A DNA stretch of 63,851 nt, counting the filler. It is 6 parts of 6 records of this genome, joined end to end, with 100 filler letters (N's around TTAATTAATTAA, not from the genome) between each part and the next. Parts side by side here need not be neighbours in the genome. Positions count along the whole stretch, not along the records: positions 1 to 30,307 come from SRR20825010_4633; 5 more parts are not named here. One strand, written 5' to 3'. A program made the translations under genes and the position numbers. The notes beneath the pieces are model-generated. The model saw only the letters and a program-made list of their open reading frames with translations, was not told the origin of the DNA and made no database searches. This document shows positions 17,480 through 27,336 of the stretch, in pieces (position 1 is the stretch's first letter; the number at the start of each line of letters is the position of its first letter).

Positions 17480-19126
17480 TTAGATCATCCGTCCATGGTG
17501 GGCGAATGTAATGCGGAAACAACAGCCGGGCTGGTTGTCATCTACCAGGGACAGGTGAGCCTGATTAGCCTCGCACAGTTCTCGAGCCAGATAAAGGCCG
17601 AGTCCCGTCCCACTCTTGTCGGTTGTGAAAAAAGGTTCAAAAACAGACACGCGGTGCTCCGGAGCGATGCCCGGGCCGAAATCGCGAACATCCACGTAGG
17701 CGCGCTCGCCATCGGCGGCCACACCTGCATACAGTTCTATGCGCCGTTCGCCGGTCGCCTGTTTACTATACCGGAGGCCATTGTCACAGAGGTTGACCAT
17801 CACTTGTTCAATCTGGCTGACATCAAAGCGCGCCAGGGGTAGGTTGCGTTCGGTGCGAAGCAGAATCTCGTCGGATTTCTGGTGTTCGTTACTCTGGGTT
17901 TGCAGGTAATCGTCGCGGAACGCGGATAACCATTTGTCGACGTCAATGAGGTCGGTGTCGGCAGCGCGTCGTCTCGACAGGTCAAGCACATTTTCGATGA
18001 TGCCGTTAACCCGTCGGGAATGCCGTTCGATGATGTCCAGCATTTTGCGATCCCCCTCATCCAGGTTGGGGGATTCGTTCATCAATTGGGACGCGTGGCT
18101 GATGGCCCCCAGCGGGTTCCGAATTTCATGGGCAATACCTGCGGTCAGCCGCCCCAGGGACGCCAGCTTCATTTGCTGGGCCTGTTGCGTCACCCTGCTC
18201 ATGTCATCGATAAATACCAGGATCTGGTCGCCGCGCTGCTGATCGAGCTGAGTGAAATTGGCCTGTACCACGGGCGAGGTTTGTGTAGCCTGGAAAGGTT
18301 CTGTTCTGCGGGCAGGGTCTTTCAGCCAGGCATCGAGGCCTCTTCGGAGCGGCCGTGGCAGATTTCGTCCCCGGCTGGGTAATTTCGAGTCCTCGGTGGC
18401 AGTGCCAAACAGCAATTCTTCCGCAGCAGCATTAGCCAGGCGGATTCGCCCGAACCGGTCGAGAACAAGTATGCCGGTTCTCATGCGCTGGATAATCTGG
18501 CGATTGATCTGCTCCAGTTCGGCAATGCTGCGGGCTCGGGAACTGGCAAGCGCTTCGCTTCGCAGCATGCGCCGCGATATGTATTGGAGGATGAACGCTG
18601 CGGCAAAATAGAGAATGCCCAGGGAGCCAGCGCGAACAATTTCATCGGCGGAGTCATCAAACACCAGCACGGACCAGGCCGAGATGCCCAGAGAACAGAT
18701 AGCACCCAACGCCGCGTAGAAGGTGCCAATCCTGGTGGGGGTCAGGATATTACCTGCAGCCACGGAAACGATAACCAGATTCGCCAGGCCATTGGTAATG
18801 CCGGTGCTGGCAATCAGGAGTCCATGCAGGAGCAGGATGTCCATCAATATGGATACTGTGATATGGCGGCTTCTGGGCTGAAACCCTGCCAGCATTGTCA
18901 GGGCAATGAAGCCATTGATGGCGAGATAGCAGACCACCCCGGCCTGGTAATAATCCATTGCCCGGAAGCGGGAGTCGAAGTTTATTGGGTCCACAAACAG
19001 CAACGCCACCAGTATAACGCTGACGACAACGCGGTAGTGGTTATAGATCCGAAACAGCCGGCCCCGCTGGTTTGAGGGTGGTGTATCGGTAATGGGCTGC
19101 TGATCAGGAGTGGTTGGTTGCGCCAT
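17480..19126 (-). CDS. pilS: sensor histidine kinase PilS
   Basis: Multiple N-terminal TM helices, PAS-like region, H-box AHEIRNPL, G boxes D.GPG and GTGLGL; adjacent to pilR. Confidence 0.93.
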   Translation of the reverse strand: MAQPTTPDQQPITDTPPSNQRGRLFRIYNHYRVVVSVILVALLFVDPINFDSRFRAMDYYQAGVVCYLAINGFIALTMLAGFQPRSRHITVSILMDILLLHGLLIASTGITNGLANLVIVSVAAGNILTPTRIGTFYAALGAICSLGISAWSVLVFDDSADEIVRAGSLGILYFAAAFILQYISRRMLRSEALASSRARSIAELEQINRQIIQRMRTGILVLDRFGRIRLANAAAEELLFGTATEDSKLPSRGRNLPRPLRRGLDAWLKDPARRTEPFQATQTSPVVQANFTQLDQQRGDQILVFIDDMSRVTQQAQQMKLASLGRLTAGIAHEIRNPLGAISHASQLMNESPNLDEGDRKMLDIIERHSRRVNGIIENVLDLSRRRAADTDLIDVDKWLSAFRDDYLQTQSNEHQKSDEILLRTERNLPLARFDVSQIEQVMVNLCDNGLRYSKQATGERRIELYAGVAADGERAYVDVRDFGPGIAPEHRVSVFEPFFTTDKSGTGLGLYLARELCEANQAHLSLVDDNQPGCCFRITFAHHGRMI

Positions 19127-19211
19127 CGTCCAGTGGATATCCCGCGAGAATTCTGATGTCTTGCGGGGTTATAATAGCCTTTTAATGGCAATGAGTTACA
19201 GGAGCTGCGTT

Positions 19212-20864
19212 ATGTCCGTGCAAAAGGATGGTCAGGGGCCCGGAAAACTTCGGGTAGTGATGGCCCAACTCGATTTTCTGGTGGGCGATATCCCTGGCAA
19301 TACCCAAAAGGTGATTGAGGCGACCCGACGCGCGGAACAGGAGCATCAGGCGGATCTGGTTGTGTTCCCGGAATTGTGTCTTACCGGTTACCCACCGGAA
19401 GACCTTTTATTAAGACCCAGTATGGATGTGCGCGTTGCAGACGCGCTGGAAACCTTGCGCGGGGAGCATCTGGGCCCCGCCATCATCGTGGGGGCTCCGA
19501 TACGGGAGGGCGCTCTACTTTACAACGCTGCGGTCGCCATTGAGCAGGGAAATATAACCGGTCGCTACTTCAAGCGGTTTCCTCCCAATTATCAGGTTTT
19601 CGACGAGAAGCGCTATTTTGCCAATGGCGTGGATACTCTGGTCATGGATATCAAAGGGGTGCCAGTGGGCATTACCATCTGTGAGGACATTTGGAGCGAG
19701 GGGCCGGTGGAAGACGCTGCCGCGGCAGGCGCCAGACTGGTCGTCAACCTCAATGCATCACCCTACGATATTGACAAGCAGGTGCGGCGAAAGGCTCTGG
19801 TAGAACGCAAGGCTTTTGAGAATCGGGTGAGTATTGTCTACGTCAATCTGATTGGCGGGCAGGACGAACTGGTCTTTGATGGTGGCTCTGTGGTTTACGA
19901 CCATTCCGGGGTGCTTGCAGCCGAAGCACCACAGTTCAGCGAAGGGCTCTATCCGGTGGACTTCGTCTGTGAGCATCATTGCCAGCCAATCCCGCAGCCT
20001 GCCGTTGCCGAACCGTCGCTGGAGGAAAATGTCTACAAGGCCCTGGTCCTGGGAGTGCGGGACTACGTCAACAAGAATGGTTTTAAATCCGTTGTTCTGG
20101 GGCTCTCCGGCGGTATCGATTCAGCGGTGACTCTGGCTGTTGCGGCGGATGCCCTGGGGGCCGACCGGGTACGCGCGGTGATGATGCCTTTTCGCTATAC
20201 CTCGGGTATGAGTATTGAAGACGCGGAAGCCGAGGCAGTGGCCCTGGGCGTTCAATACGACGTGTTCTCCATTGAGCCGATGTACGATGCCTTTATGAAA
20301 ACATTGGCGACCCCGTTTGAGGGCACGCAACCTGACACCACCGAGGAGAATCTGCAGGCCCGGCTGCGGGGCGTTCTGTTGATGTCTCTGTCCAACAAGT
20401 TCGGTTCGCTGGTGCTGACGACTGGCAACAAAAGTGAAATGGCGGTGGGCTACTCGACCCTGTACGGGGATATGGCCGGCGGCTTTGATGTGCTCAAGGA
20501 CGTTCCCAAAACCCTGGTTTTTCGCCTCGCCTGGTATCGCAACAGTGTTTCGCAGGTGATTCCGGAACGGGTCATTACCCGTCCGCCGTCGGCAGAGCTG
20601 GCACCGGATCAGAAAGACGAGGATAGCCTGCCGGGATACGACGTTCTCGATCAGATCCTCAATCTCTACGTGGAGCGGGATCTCAGTGCCGATGCCATTG
20701 TGGCTCAGGGGTTCGACAGGGCGGATGTCGATCGCGTGGTGCGGCTGGTGGATATTAACGAATATAAGCGCAGGCAGGCGCCGATAGGCGTGAGAATTAC
20801 CGAAAGGGGGTTTGGTAAGGATCGGCGTTACCCGATTACCAATGGCTGGAAAAGTGGAAAGTAG
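19212..20864 (+). CDS. nadE: glutamine-dependent NAD+ synthetase
   Basis: Nitrilase-like domain (FPEL, K..PNY, ICEDIW) fused to a synthetase domain (GLSGGIDS, TGNKSE, PSAEL). ATG at 19212 after AGGAG; TATAAT at 19170-19175. Confidence 0.95.
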   Translation: MSVQKDGQGPGKLRVVMAQLDFLVGDIPGNTQKVIEATRRAEQEHQADLVVFPELCLTGYPPEDLLLRPSMDVRVADALETLRGEHLGPAIIVGAPIREGALLYNAAVAIEQGNITGRYFKRFPPNYQVFDEKRYFANGVDTLVMDIKGVPVGITICEDIWSEGPVEDAAAAGARLVVNLNASPYDIDKQVRRKALVERKAFENRVSIVYVNLIGGQDELVFDGGSVVYDHSGVLAAEAPQFSEGLYPVDFVCEHHCQPIPQPAVAEPSLEENVYKALVLGVRDYVNKNGFKSVVLGLSGGIDSAVTLAVAADALGADRVRAVMMPFRYTSGMSIEDAEAEAVALGVQYDVFSIEPMYDAFMKTLATPFEGTQPDTTEENLQARLRGVLLMSLSNKFGSLVLTTGNKSEMAVGYSTLYGDMAGGFDVLKDVPKTLVFRLAWYRNSVSQVIPERVITRPPSAELAPDQKDEDSLPGYDVLDQILNLYVERDLSADAIVAQGFDRADVDRVVRLVDINEYKRRQAPIGVRITERGFGKDRRYPITNGWKSGK

Positions 20865-20869
20865 ATTGC

Positions 20870-20903
20870 GGTAGGGCTGCCTGATTGCTCGGGCAGCCCT
20901 GCC
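20870..20903. terminator. 15-bp hairpin between convergent nadE and bamD
   Basis: GGTAGGGCTGCCTGA-TTGC-TCGGGCAGCCCTGCC, with two G-U pairs. Confidence 0.55.
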
Positions 20904-20908
20904 AAATG

Positions 20909-21745
20909 TTATTCGTCGCCCATCAGGCCGAAGGTGACCACGCTAGACAGGGAGCGGTCCTCGCGTTTGAGGATGTCTGGCTGGAACTCTCCGTTCTCAT
21001 TGAAGGCCGTGCTGTCCGGGAAGTTCTCTTTCAGCATTGCCACGGCATCCGTTGCTCCTTTTTTCAGATCCATGAAACGGAACGTTTCCGCCAGGATGAT
21101 CAAGGCTTCTTCGACGGACGGCGTCGTTGAATAATTTTCGATAATGTATCGAGCTCGGTTGTTCGCCGCGATGTAGGCTTCACGGCTGATGTAATATCGT
21201 GCCGCGTAAAGTTCCAGTTCAGCCAGGCGGTTGCGGATCGCAATCATGCGCTGGCGGGCATCTGGGGCGTATTCGCTGGAGGGGTAGCGGTTCAGCAGCT
21301 CGGAAAAGTCCCGGAACGCCTGGCGCTGTTCGCCGGGGTCTCTTGCCGAAACGTCCACCGGGAAGTAGCGGGCAGCCAGGCCAATATCCAGATTATAGGA
21401 TGCCAGGCCTCGCATATAGAGCGCATAGTCGGCGTGATCGCTCTGTGGATTCAGTCTGAGAAAACGGTCTGCCGCCGCGCGGGCCCCTTCCAGGTCAAGA
21501 TTCTGGTAGCGGGCATAAATGAGGTCCAATTGGGCCTGTTCCGCATAGCGGCCAAATGGGTAGTAGGTTTCCAGATAGTCGAGGTTCTGCTCGGCTTCGT
21601 TGAAGTTGCCCGAGTTCATCGCATCGCGGGCATTTTCGTAATAGGTTTGTTCCGGCAGTACTTCTTCCTGCTTATCGTTCGATGCGCAGGCACTGATGAA
21701 TAGCGCTGCGGTGGTGACTAGCAGTAATCGGACAACTGATCTCAT
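20909..21745 (-). CDS. bamD: outer membrane protein assembly factor BamD (ComL)
   Basis: Lipobox ISAC; YPFGRYAEQAQLDLIYA and YALYMRGL TPR motifs; divergent from rluD. Confidence 0.95.
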   Translation of the reverse strand: MRSVVRLLLVTTAALFISACASNDKQEEVLPEQTYYENARDAMNSGNFNEAEQNLDYLETYYPFGRYAEQAQLDLIYARYQNLDLEGARAAADRFLRLNPQSDHADYALYMRGLASYNLDIGLAARYFPVDVSARDPGEQRQAFRDFSELLNRYPSSEYAPDARQRMIAIRNRLAELELYAARYYISREAYIAANNRARYIIENYSTTPSVEEALIILAETFRFMDLKKGATDAVAMLKENFPDSTAFNENGEFQPDILKREDRSLSSVVTFGLMGDE

Positions 21746-21881
21746 GCCGGAATCCCGTATAATGGCAAAATTCGAAACGACGGCCATTGTAACGGGGATC
21801 CGTTCACATGTGCAGTGGCACGCGCCGTGGATTCAGAAATTCTGACTCAAACGTAACACTCATACCGGCCCCGGGGGCTCA

Positions 21882-22859
21882 ATGTCATCTGAAAACCGTA
21901 TTATCGCCAGCTTCTCCATTCCACCGGAGCACAGCGACCGCCGCCTGGATCAGGCTGCGGCCGAACTGATGCCGGAGCACTCGCGCTCCCGACTACAGGG
22001 CTGGATCAAAAGCGGCGCACTGACGGTCAATGGAAAAACCTGTAAGCCCCGGGACAAGGTAATGCTGGGCGACCGGCTCGATCTGGACGCGGAGCCGGAA
22101 GCGCAAGTCAGTTGGGAAGCGGAATCGATAGACCTGGATATTGTGTATGAAGACGAGCACCTGTTGGTCATTAACAAGCCTGCGGGCCTCGTGGTCCACC
22201 CGGCGGCAGGCCACGCTGACGGCACCCTGGTCAATGCCTTGCTCAACCATGCCCCGGAAGTGGAGAACCTGCCCAGAGCAGGGATTGTGCATCGTCTCGA
22301 TAAAGATACGTCTGGCATCATGGTGGTAGCGCGCAGCCTGATTGCTCATACATCGCTGGTCGACCAGTTGCAGACCCGGACCATGGGGCGGGAATACGAA
22401 GCCATTGTGGTTGGCACCCTTACTGGAGGCTCGACGGTGGATGCACCGATTGGTCGTCATCCCCGTGAACGCAAGAAAATGGCGGTTGTGCCCACCGGTA
22501 AGCCGGCGGTAACGCATTATCGCCTGGTGGAGCGCTTCGCAGCGCACACCCACGTTCGCTGTAAGCTGGAGAGCGGCCGTACCCACCAGATACGGGTGCA
22601 TATGGCCCACGTGAAACATCCATTGGTGGGCGACCCTCAGTATGGCGGTCGGCTACGTCTGCCGAAAGGCACAACAGACGAACTGAGGGACGTGCTTGCC
22701 AGTTTCCAGCGGCAGGCGCTCCATGCACGCCAGTTGACGTTGGAGCACCCGCAAACCGGTGAGATACTGACTTGGGAGGTACCACTGCCCGATGACATCG
22801 AGGGTCTGCTGGCCGCACTTCGAAAGCACGTTAAGGAGTTGGAGAACCATGACGTCTGA
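21882..22859 (+). CDS. rluD: 23S rRNA pseudouridine synthase RluD
   Basis: S4 domain, NKPAGLVVHP, catalytic HRLDKDTSG, GRTHQIRVH. Confidence 0.96.
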   Translation: MSSENRIIASFSIPPEHSDRRLDQAAAELMPEHSRSRLQGWIKSGALTVNGKTCKPRDKVMLGDRLDLDAEPEAQVSWEAESIDLDIVYEDEHLLVINKPAGLVVHPAAGHADGTLVNALLNHAPEVENLPRAGIVHRLDKDTSGIMVVARSLIAHTSLVDQLQTRTMGREYEAIVVGTLTGGSTVDAPIGRHPRERKKMAVVPTGKPAVTHYRLVERFAAHTHVRCKLESGRTHQIRVHMAHVKHPLVGDPQYGGRLRLPKGTTDELRDVLASFQRQALHARQLTLEHPQTGEILTWEVPLPDDIEGLLAALRKHVKELENHDV

Positions 22860-23592
22860 ACTGCCGGTGATTGTCCCTGACTGGCCCGCTCCGTCTTGGG
22901 TGCATGCCGCATGCACGACGAGAATGGGCGGGGTCAGCCAGGCGCCGTGGCAATCCCTGAACCTCGGCACGCATGTGGGAGATCATCCCGATGATGTTGC
23001 GAAAAATCGGTCCCTGCTTGGGCAGTGGGCTGAGCCCGGCGCTCAGTCGTTCGGTTGGCTTAACCAGGTTCATGGTACTGACGTTGTTGAGTTGCCGCAG
23101 TCGGGTGCGGTCACCGCGGATGCCAGTGTGACCTCCCAGCCTGGGGTGGCATGTGTGGTGATGACAGCGGACTGTCTTCCGGTGCTTTTCTGTAACCCCG
23201 CCAGTGGCCAGGTGGCCGCTGCCCATGCTGGCTGGCGCGGCTTGTGTGGTGGTGTTCTGGAGCGAACGGTTGAGTATCTGGGTAATCCTGCTGCCGTCCT
23301 GGCGTGGTTGGGGCCGGCCATTGGTCCTGAGCAGTTTGAGGTTGGCCCCGAGGTCAGGGAGGCTTTCCTGATGAGCGATTCCCAATCGGGTGATGCATTC
23401 ATTTCCAGCCCTCGAAATCCTACCCATTATCTTGCGGATATCTATGAGCTTGCCCGGCAGAGGCTGGCAATGGCAGGTGTGCTTCAGGTCTACGGTGGTG
23501 AATTCTGCACGGTGACCGATCGTGAGCGTTTTTTCTCCTATCGTCGAGACGGGCAAACCGGGAGAATGGCAAGCCTGATATTCATCTCATGA
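22849..23592 (+). CDS. pgeF: peptidoglycan editing factor PgeF (YfiH) family
   Basis: LNQVHG, TADCLPV, AAHAGWRG and FFSYRR motifs; located between rluD and clpB. Confidence 0.93.
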   Translation: MTSELPVIVPDWPAPSWVHAACTTRMGGVSQAPWQSLNLGTHVGDHPDDVAKNRSLLGQWAEPGAQSFGWLNQVHGTDVVELPQSGAVTADASVTSQPGVACVVMTADCLPVLFCNPASGQVAAAHAGWRGLCGGVLERTVEYLGNPAAVLAWLGPAIGPEQFEVGPEVREAFLMSDSQSGDAFISSPRNPTHYLADIYELARQRLAMAGVLQVYGGEFCTVTDRERFFSYRRDGQTGRMASLIFIS

Positions 23593-23629
23593 CATTCGTC
23601 AATTTTCTGACACTTTCCCGTCCGGTCTG

Positions 23630-23656
23630 CTTGAACTCCCACCAATCGCCCCTACA
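23630..23656 (+). promoter_or_regulatory. sigma32 (RpoH) promoter of clpB
   Basis: CTTGAA-13 nt-CCCCTACA approximates the RpoH consensus CTTGAA-N13-17-CCCCATnT, upstream of a heat-shock gene. Confidence 0.7.
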
Positions 23657-23735
23657 TTAACTGTCAAAGCAGACGCAATGTCGCCGATGGAATTCTCCCA
23701 TCGGTTCAGTGACAGAGATTTGGGAAGACCGAATT

Positions 23736-26312
23736 ATGAGAATCGACAAACTGACCAGCAAACTCCAGACAGCACTGGCCGACGCCCAGTCGCTAGCGGT
23801 AGGCAGGGATCACAACTTTATAGAACCCGTGCACCTGATGCAGGCGCTGATGGACCAGGAAGGCAGCTCCATCAAGCCGCTGTTGAAACAATCGGGCGCT
23901 GAGCCTTCCCGGATACGCCAGGCTGTGGCCCGGGAGATTGAAAACCTGCCGGAAGTGCAGGGCTCTGCCGGCGATGTCTCTATGTCAAACGATATGGGCC
24001 GGCTCTTCAATATTGCCGACAAGCTGGCGCAGAAACGTGGTGACCAGTTCATTTCCAGCGAATTGCTGCTGCTGGCCGCACTAGAGGATCGGGGCAGCCT
24101 TGGGCGGGTTCTGCGGGAGCAGGGTGTCGACAAATCCGCATTGGAGCGTGCCATCGATGAGGTCAGAGGCGGTGAGTCGGTTGACGATGCGTCTGCAGAA
24201 GAGCATCGACAGGCGCTTTCCAAATACACCATTGATCTGACCGAACGTGCCGAGGCTGGCAAATTGGACCCGGTGATTGGTCGCGATGATGAAATCCGTC
24301 GGACCATTCAGGTACTGCAGCGTCGTCGCAAGAACAATCCGGTGCTCATTGGTGAGCCCGGTGTGGGTAAAACCGCAATTGTAGAAGGACTTGCCCAGCG
24401 CATTGTCAACGGCGAGGTGCCAGAAGGGCTCAAGAACAAGCGCGTGCTGTCTTTGGATATGGGCTCGCTGATTGCGGGCGCCAAGTTCCGGGGTGAGTTT
24501 GAAGAGCGCCTCAAATCTGTGCTGAATGAGTTGTCCAAGCAGGAAGGGCAGATCATCCTGTTCATCGACGAAATTCACACCATGGTCGGCGCCGGTAAAG
24601 CGGAAGGTTCCATGGACGCCGGCAATATGCTCAAGCCCGCCCTGTCGCGCGGGGAGTTACATTGCGTGGGCGCCACCACCCTTGACGAGTATCGCGAGAA
24701 TATTGAGAAAGACGCGGCCCTTGAGCGTCGGTTCCAGAAGGTATTGGTCTCCGAGCCTACCGAGGAGGACACCATAGCGATCCTCCGCGGCCTGAAGGAG
24801 CGCTACGAAGTTCATCACGGCGTGGAAGTCACAGACGGTGCCATCATCGCAGCGGCCAAGTTGTCTCATCGTTACATCGCTGACCGTCAGTTGCCGGACA
24901 AGGCCATTGATCTGGTGGATGAGGCTGCAAGCCAGATCCGCATGGAGATGGACTCCAAGCCAGAAGCGCTGGATCGCCTTGAGCGGCGTTTGATCCAATT
25001 GAAAATAGAGCGGGAGGCGTTGAAAAAGGAAACCGATGCCGCCTCCAAGAAGCGGCTTTCTGAGCTCTCGGATGTCATCTCCGGTATCGAGCGTGAGTAC
25101 GCGGACCTGGAAGAGGTCTGGAATACCGAAAAAGCGGCACTGCATGGTTCCCAGAAGATCAAGAGCCAACTGGAACAAGCCCGGATCGACCTGGAAAATG
25201 CCCGCCGTGCCGGCGATCTCGGGCGCATGTCGGAGTTGCAATACGGCAGGATTCCGGAGCTGGAGCGCCAACTGGATATGGCGAGCCAGGCGGAAATGAT
25301 GGAGATGAAGCTGCTGCGTAACCGCGTGACCGATGAGGAAATCGCCGAAGTGGTGTCCAAGTGGACGGGTATTCCGGTTTCGAAGATGCTCGAGGGCGAA
25401 CGCGACAAGCTGATGCGAATGGAGGAAGCCCTCCATGGGCGTGTCATCGGTCAGGACGAAGCCGTTGAGGCCGTGTCCAACGCGGTTCGTCGGTCCCGTG
25501 CAGGACTGTCAGACCCTCACCGCCCTAATGGTTCTTTCCTGTTCCTGGGGCCGACCGGTGTGGGTAAGACTGAGCTCTGCAAAGCCCTGGCGTCGTTCCT
25601 CTTTGATACCGAGGAGGCCATGGTTCGAATCGACATGTCTGAGTTCATGGAGAAGCATTCCGTCGCTCGGCTGATCGGTGCCCCTCCGGGATACGTTGGT
25701 TATGAAGAGGGTGGCTACCTGACCGAGGCCGTCCGCCGCCGGCCCTACTCAGTGTTGTTGTTGGATGAAGTTGAGAAGGCGCACCCGGACGTATTTAATA
25801 TTCTGTTGCAGGTTCTTGAGGATGGGCGCCTGACAGATGGTCAGGGTAGAACGGTGGATTTTCGCAATACCGTCATCGTGATGACCTCAAACCTGGGGTC
25901 GGACATCATTCAGCAGAAAGCGGGTGAGGAAAACTACGAGTCCATGAAGAAGGACGTTATGGACGTAGTGGGTACTCACTTCAGGCCAGAGTTCATTAAC
26001 CGGGTGGATGAGGTGGTGGTGTTTCATCCGCTGGCTGAAAGCCAGATTCAGGGCATTGCCCGGATTCAGATTAATGCTCTGGGCAAGCGCCTGAAAGAGC
26101 AGGATATGTCGTTGATGCTGGACGACGCAGCGATGGAGTTGCTGGCGGAAGTTGGCTACGACCCCGTTTACGGTGCTCGTCCATTGAAGCGGGCCATTCA
26201 GCGGATGATTGAGAATCCGCTGGCCCAGAGGTTATTGCAAGGGGACTTCCTGCCCGGTGATACCATTCGTGGGTCGGTCAAAGATCATGGTTTGGAGTTC
26301 TTGAAAGCGTAA
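23736..26312 (+). CDS. clpB: ATP-dependent disaggregase ClpB
   Basis: Two AAA+ modules ([16 protein letters not shown]), coiled-coil middle domain, GARPLKR. Confidence 0.98.
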   Translation: MRIDKLTSKLQTALADAQSLAVGRDHNFIEPVHLMQALMDQEGSSIKPLLKQSGAEPSRIRQAVAREIENLPEVQGSAGDVSMSNDMGRLFNIADKLAQKRGDQFISSELLLLAALEDRGSLGRVLREQGVDKSALERAIDEVRGGESVDDASAEEHRQALSKYTIDLTERAEAGKLDPVIGRDDEIRRTIQVLQRRRKNNPVLIGEPGVGKTAIVEGLAQRIVNGEVPEGLKNKRVLSLDMGSLIAGAKFRGEFEERLKSVLNELSKQEGQIILFIDEIHTMVGAGKAEGSMDAGNMLKPALSRGELHCVGATTLDEYRENIEKDAALERRFQKVLVSEPTEEDTIAILRGLKERYEVHHGVEVTDGAIIAAAKLSHRYIADRQLPDKAIDLVDEAASQIRMEMDSKPEALDRLERRLIQLKIEREALKKETDAASKKRLSELSDVISGIEREYADLEEVWNTEKAALHGSQKIKSQLEQARIDLENARRAGDLGRMSELQYGRIPELERQLDMASQAEMMEMKLLRNRVTDEEIAEVVSKWTGIPVSKMLEGERDKLMRMEEALHGRVIGQDEAVEAVSNAVRRSRAGLSDPHRPNGSFLFLGPTGVGKTELCKALASFLFDTEEAMVRIDMSEFMEKHSVARLIGAPPGYVGYEEGGYLTEAVRRRPYSVLLLDEVEKAHPDVFNILLQVLEDGRLTDGQGRTVDFRNTVIVMTSNLGSDIIQQKAGEENYESMKKDVMDVVGTHFRPEFINRVDEVVVFHPLAESQIQGIARIQINALGKRLKEQDMSLMLDDAAMELLAEVGYDPVYGARPLKRAIQRMIENPLAQRLLQGDFLPGDTIRGSVKDHGLEFLKA

Positions 26313-26379
26313 TGTCAGGAGCGACGAGGCGGAGCATTGTGCTCTCCCTCGTCCGGATCCAACCAGAGTGTCTCTTGCA

Positions 26380-26850
26380 TTAACCTTCGGCAGGTTCGCC
26401 GCAGTTTTCCTCTGCGATTTTCTCAAACTGCTGTTTCTGCTCCTCGATTTCTTCGGGGGTCAGATACCGCAGTTCCCCTTCCTCTTCTATACGGATCCTG
26501 CTGTTCTGCTGAATTAGCTTAAGATTGGTGCGTGCGGTTTCGCAGTTGGCTTCCCGTTGTTTGCGCCGCGCTTCCTCTACGGCGCTTTCCTGGCGCTTCT
26601 CGCTTTCTTTGGCTTTCTGGGTTTCGAGCTGTTCCAATTGTTCCTGCGGGCTCATCCGGTTGCCTCCGGAGGATTTGCCGGTGCGAATATTGACGGACTC
26701 CGCCTGCTGTCCGGTTGGCTGCCGATCGCCAAAGTGCGTAACCCCGTCTTCGTCGGTCCATTTATACACGGAAGCCGCGAAAGCCATTGATGGTGTCGCA
26801 GCCAGAAGTACTGCCAGGGTGAGGGTTTTTCTGTTCATGCCGTTGCTCAT
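26380..26850 (-). CDS. DUF4124-like exported protein
   Basis: Signal peptide followed by VYKWTDEDGVTHFGDRQP, a charged coiled coil and a Cys pair. Confidence 0.8.
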   Translation of the reverse strand: MSNGMNRKTLTLAVLLAATPSMAFAASVYKWTDEDGVTHFGDRQPTGQQAESVNIRTGKSSGGNRMSPQEQLEQLETQKAKESEKRQESAVEEARRKQREANCETARTNLKLIQQNSRIRIEEEGELRYLTPEEIEEQKQQFEKIAEENCGEPAEG

Positions 26851-27336
26851 TCCGCGTTAGCCTTGTCGAAGTTCCGCCCGTAGCGGCCCCGTCTCTATGT
26901 TAGCCTATGTTTATCATGCCATTTGTAAAGGCAAGTTTCTTCAATCTGGTTCAAATAGTTGCACAAAGTATGGCAGACCTTCGGTGGGTACGGGCAGAGA
27001 AAACAGCCGCCGCTATTGACAGGGAGTTTAGCGCTGTCAAAATTACCGATTGCCTGAAGACTGGGGTCAATACGGCAGGCAATCCCGAGCGAGTATCCCC
27101 CGTTAATTACCACACTGAATGCCCCGCGCAGGTCGCGGACTGGTTGTTGCTTACGTGCAACCCGTTGATTGGCCGTTCTCCGCAACCCTCAGGAGGGCGG
27201 CTGGCCAGGAGACAACCTCTTAATAGCTGGTGTGGCGGAGTATCCGGTTCAGCTTTCACAAGAAGCATGATGTCCGGACATCCAGGCAACCGGGACGTTT
27301 CCCGGCTCATTCACTCGTAGAAGAGGGTAGAACATC

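Noticed and set aside
26907..27320. 137-aa ORF filling the ilvI upstream region
   Set aside because: No SD, atypical composition, and it spans promoter and structured-leader elements; probably spurious.
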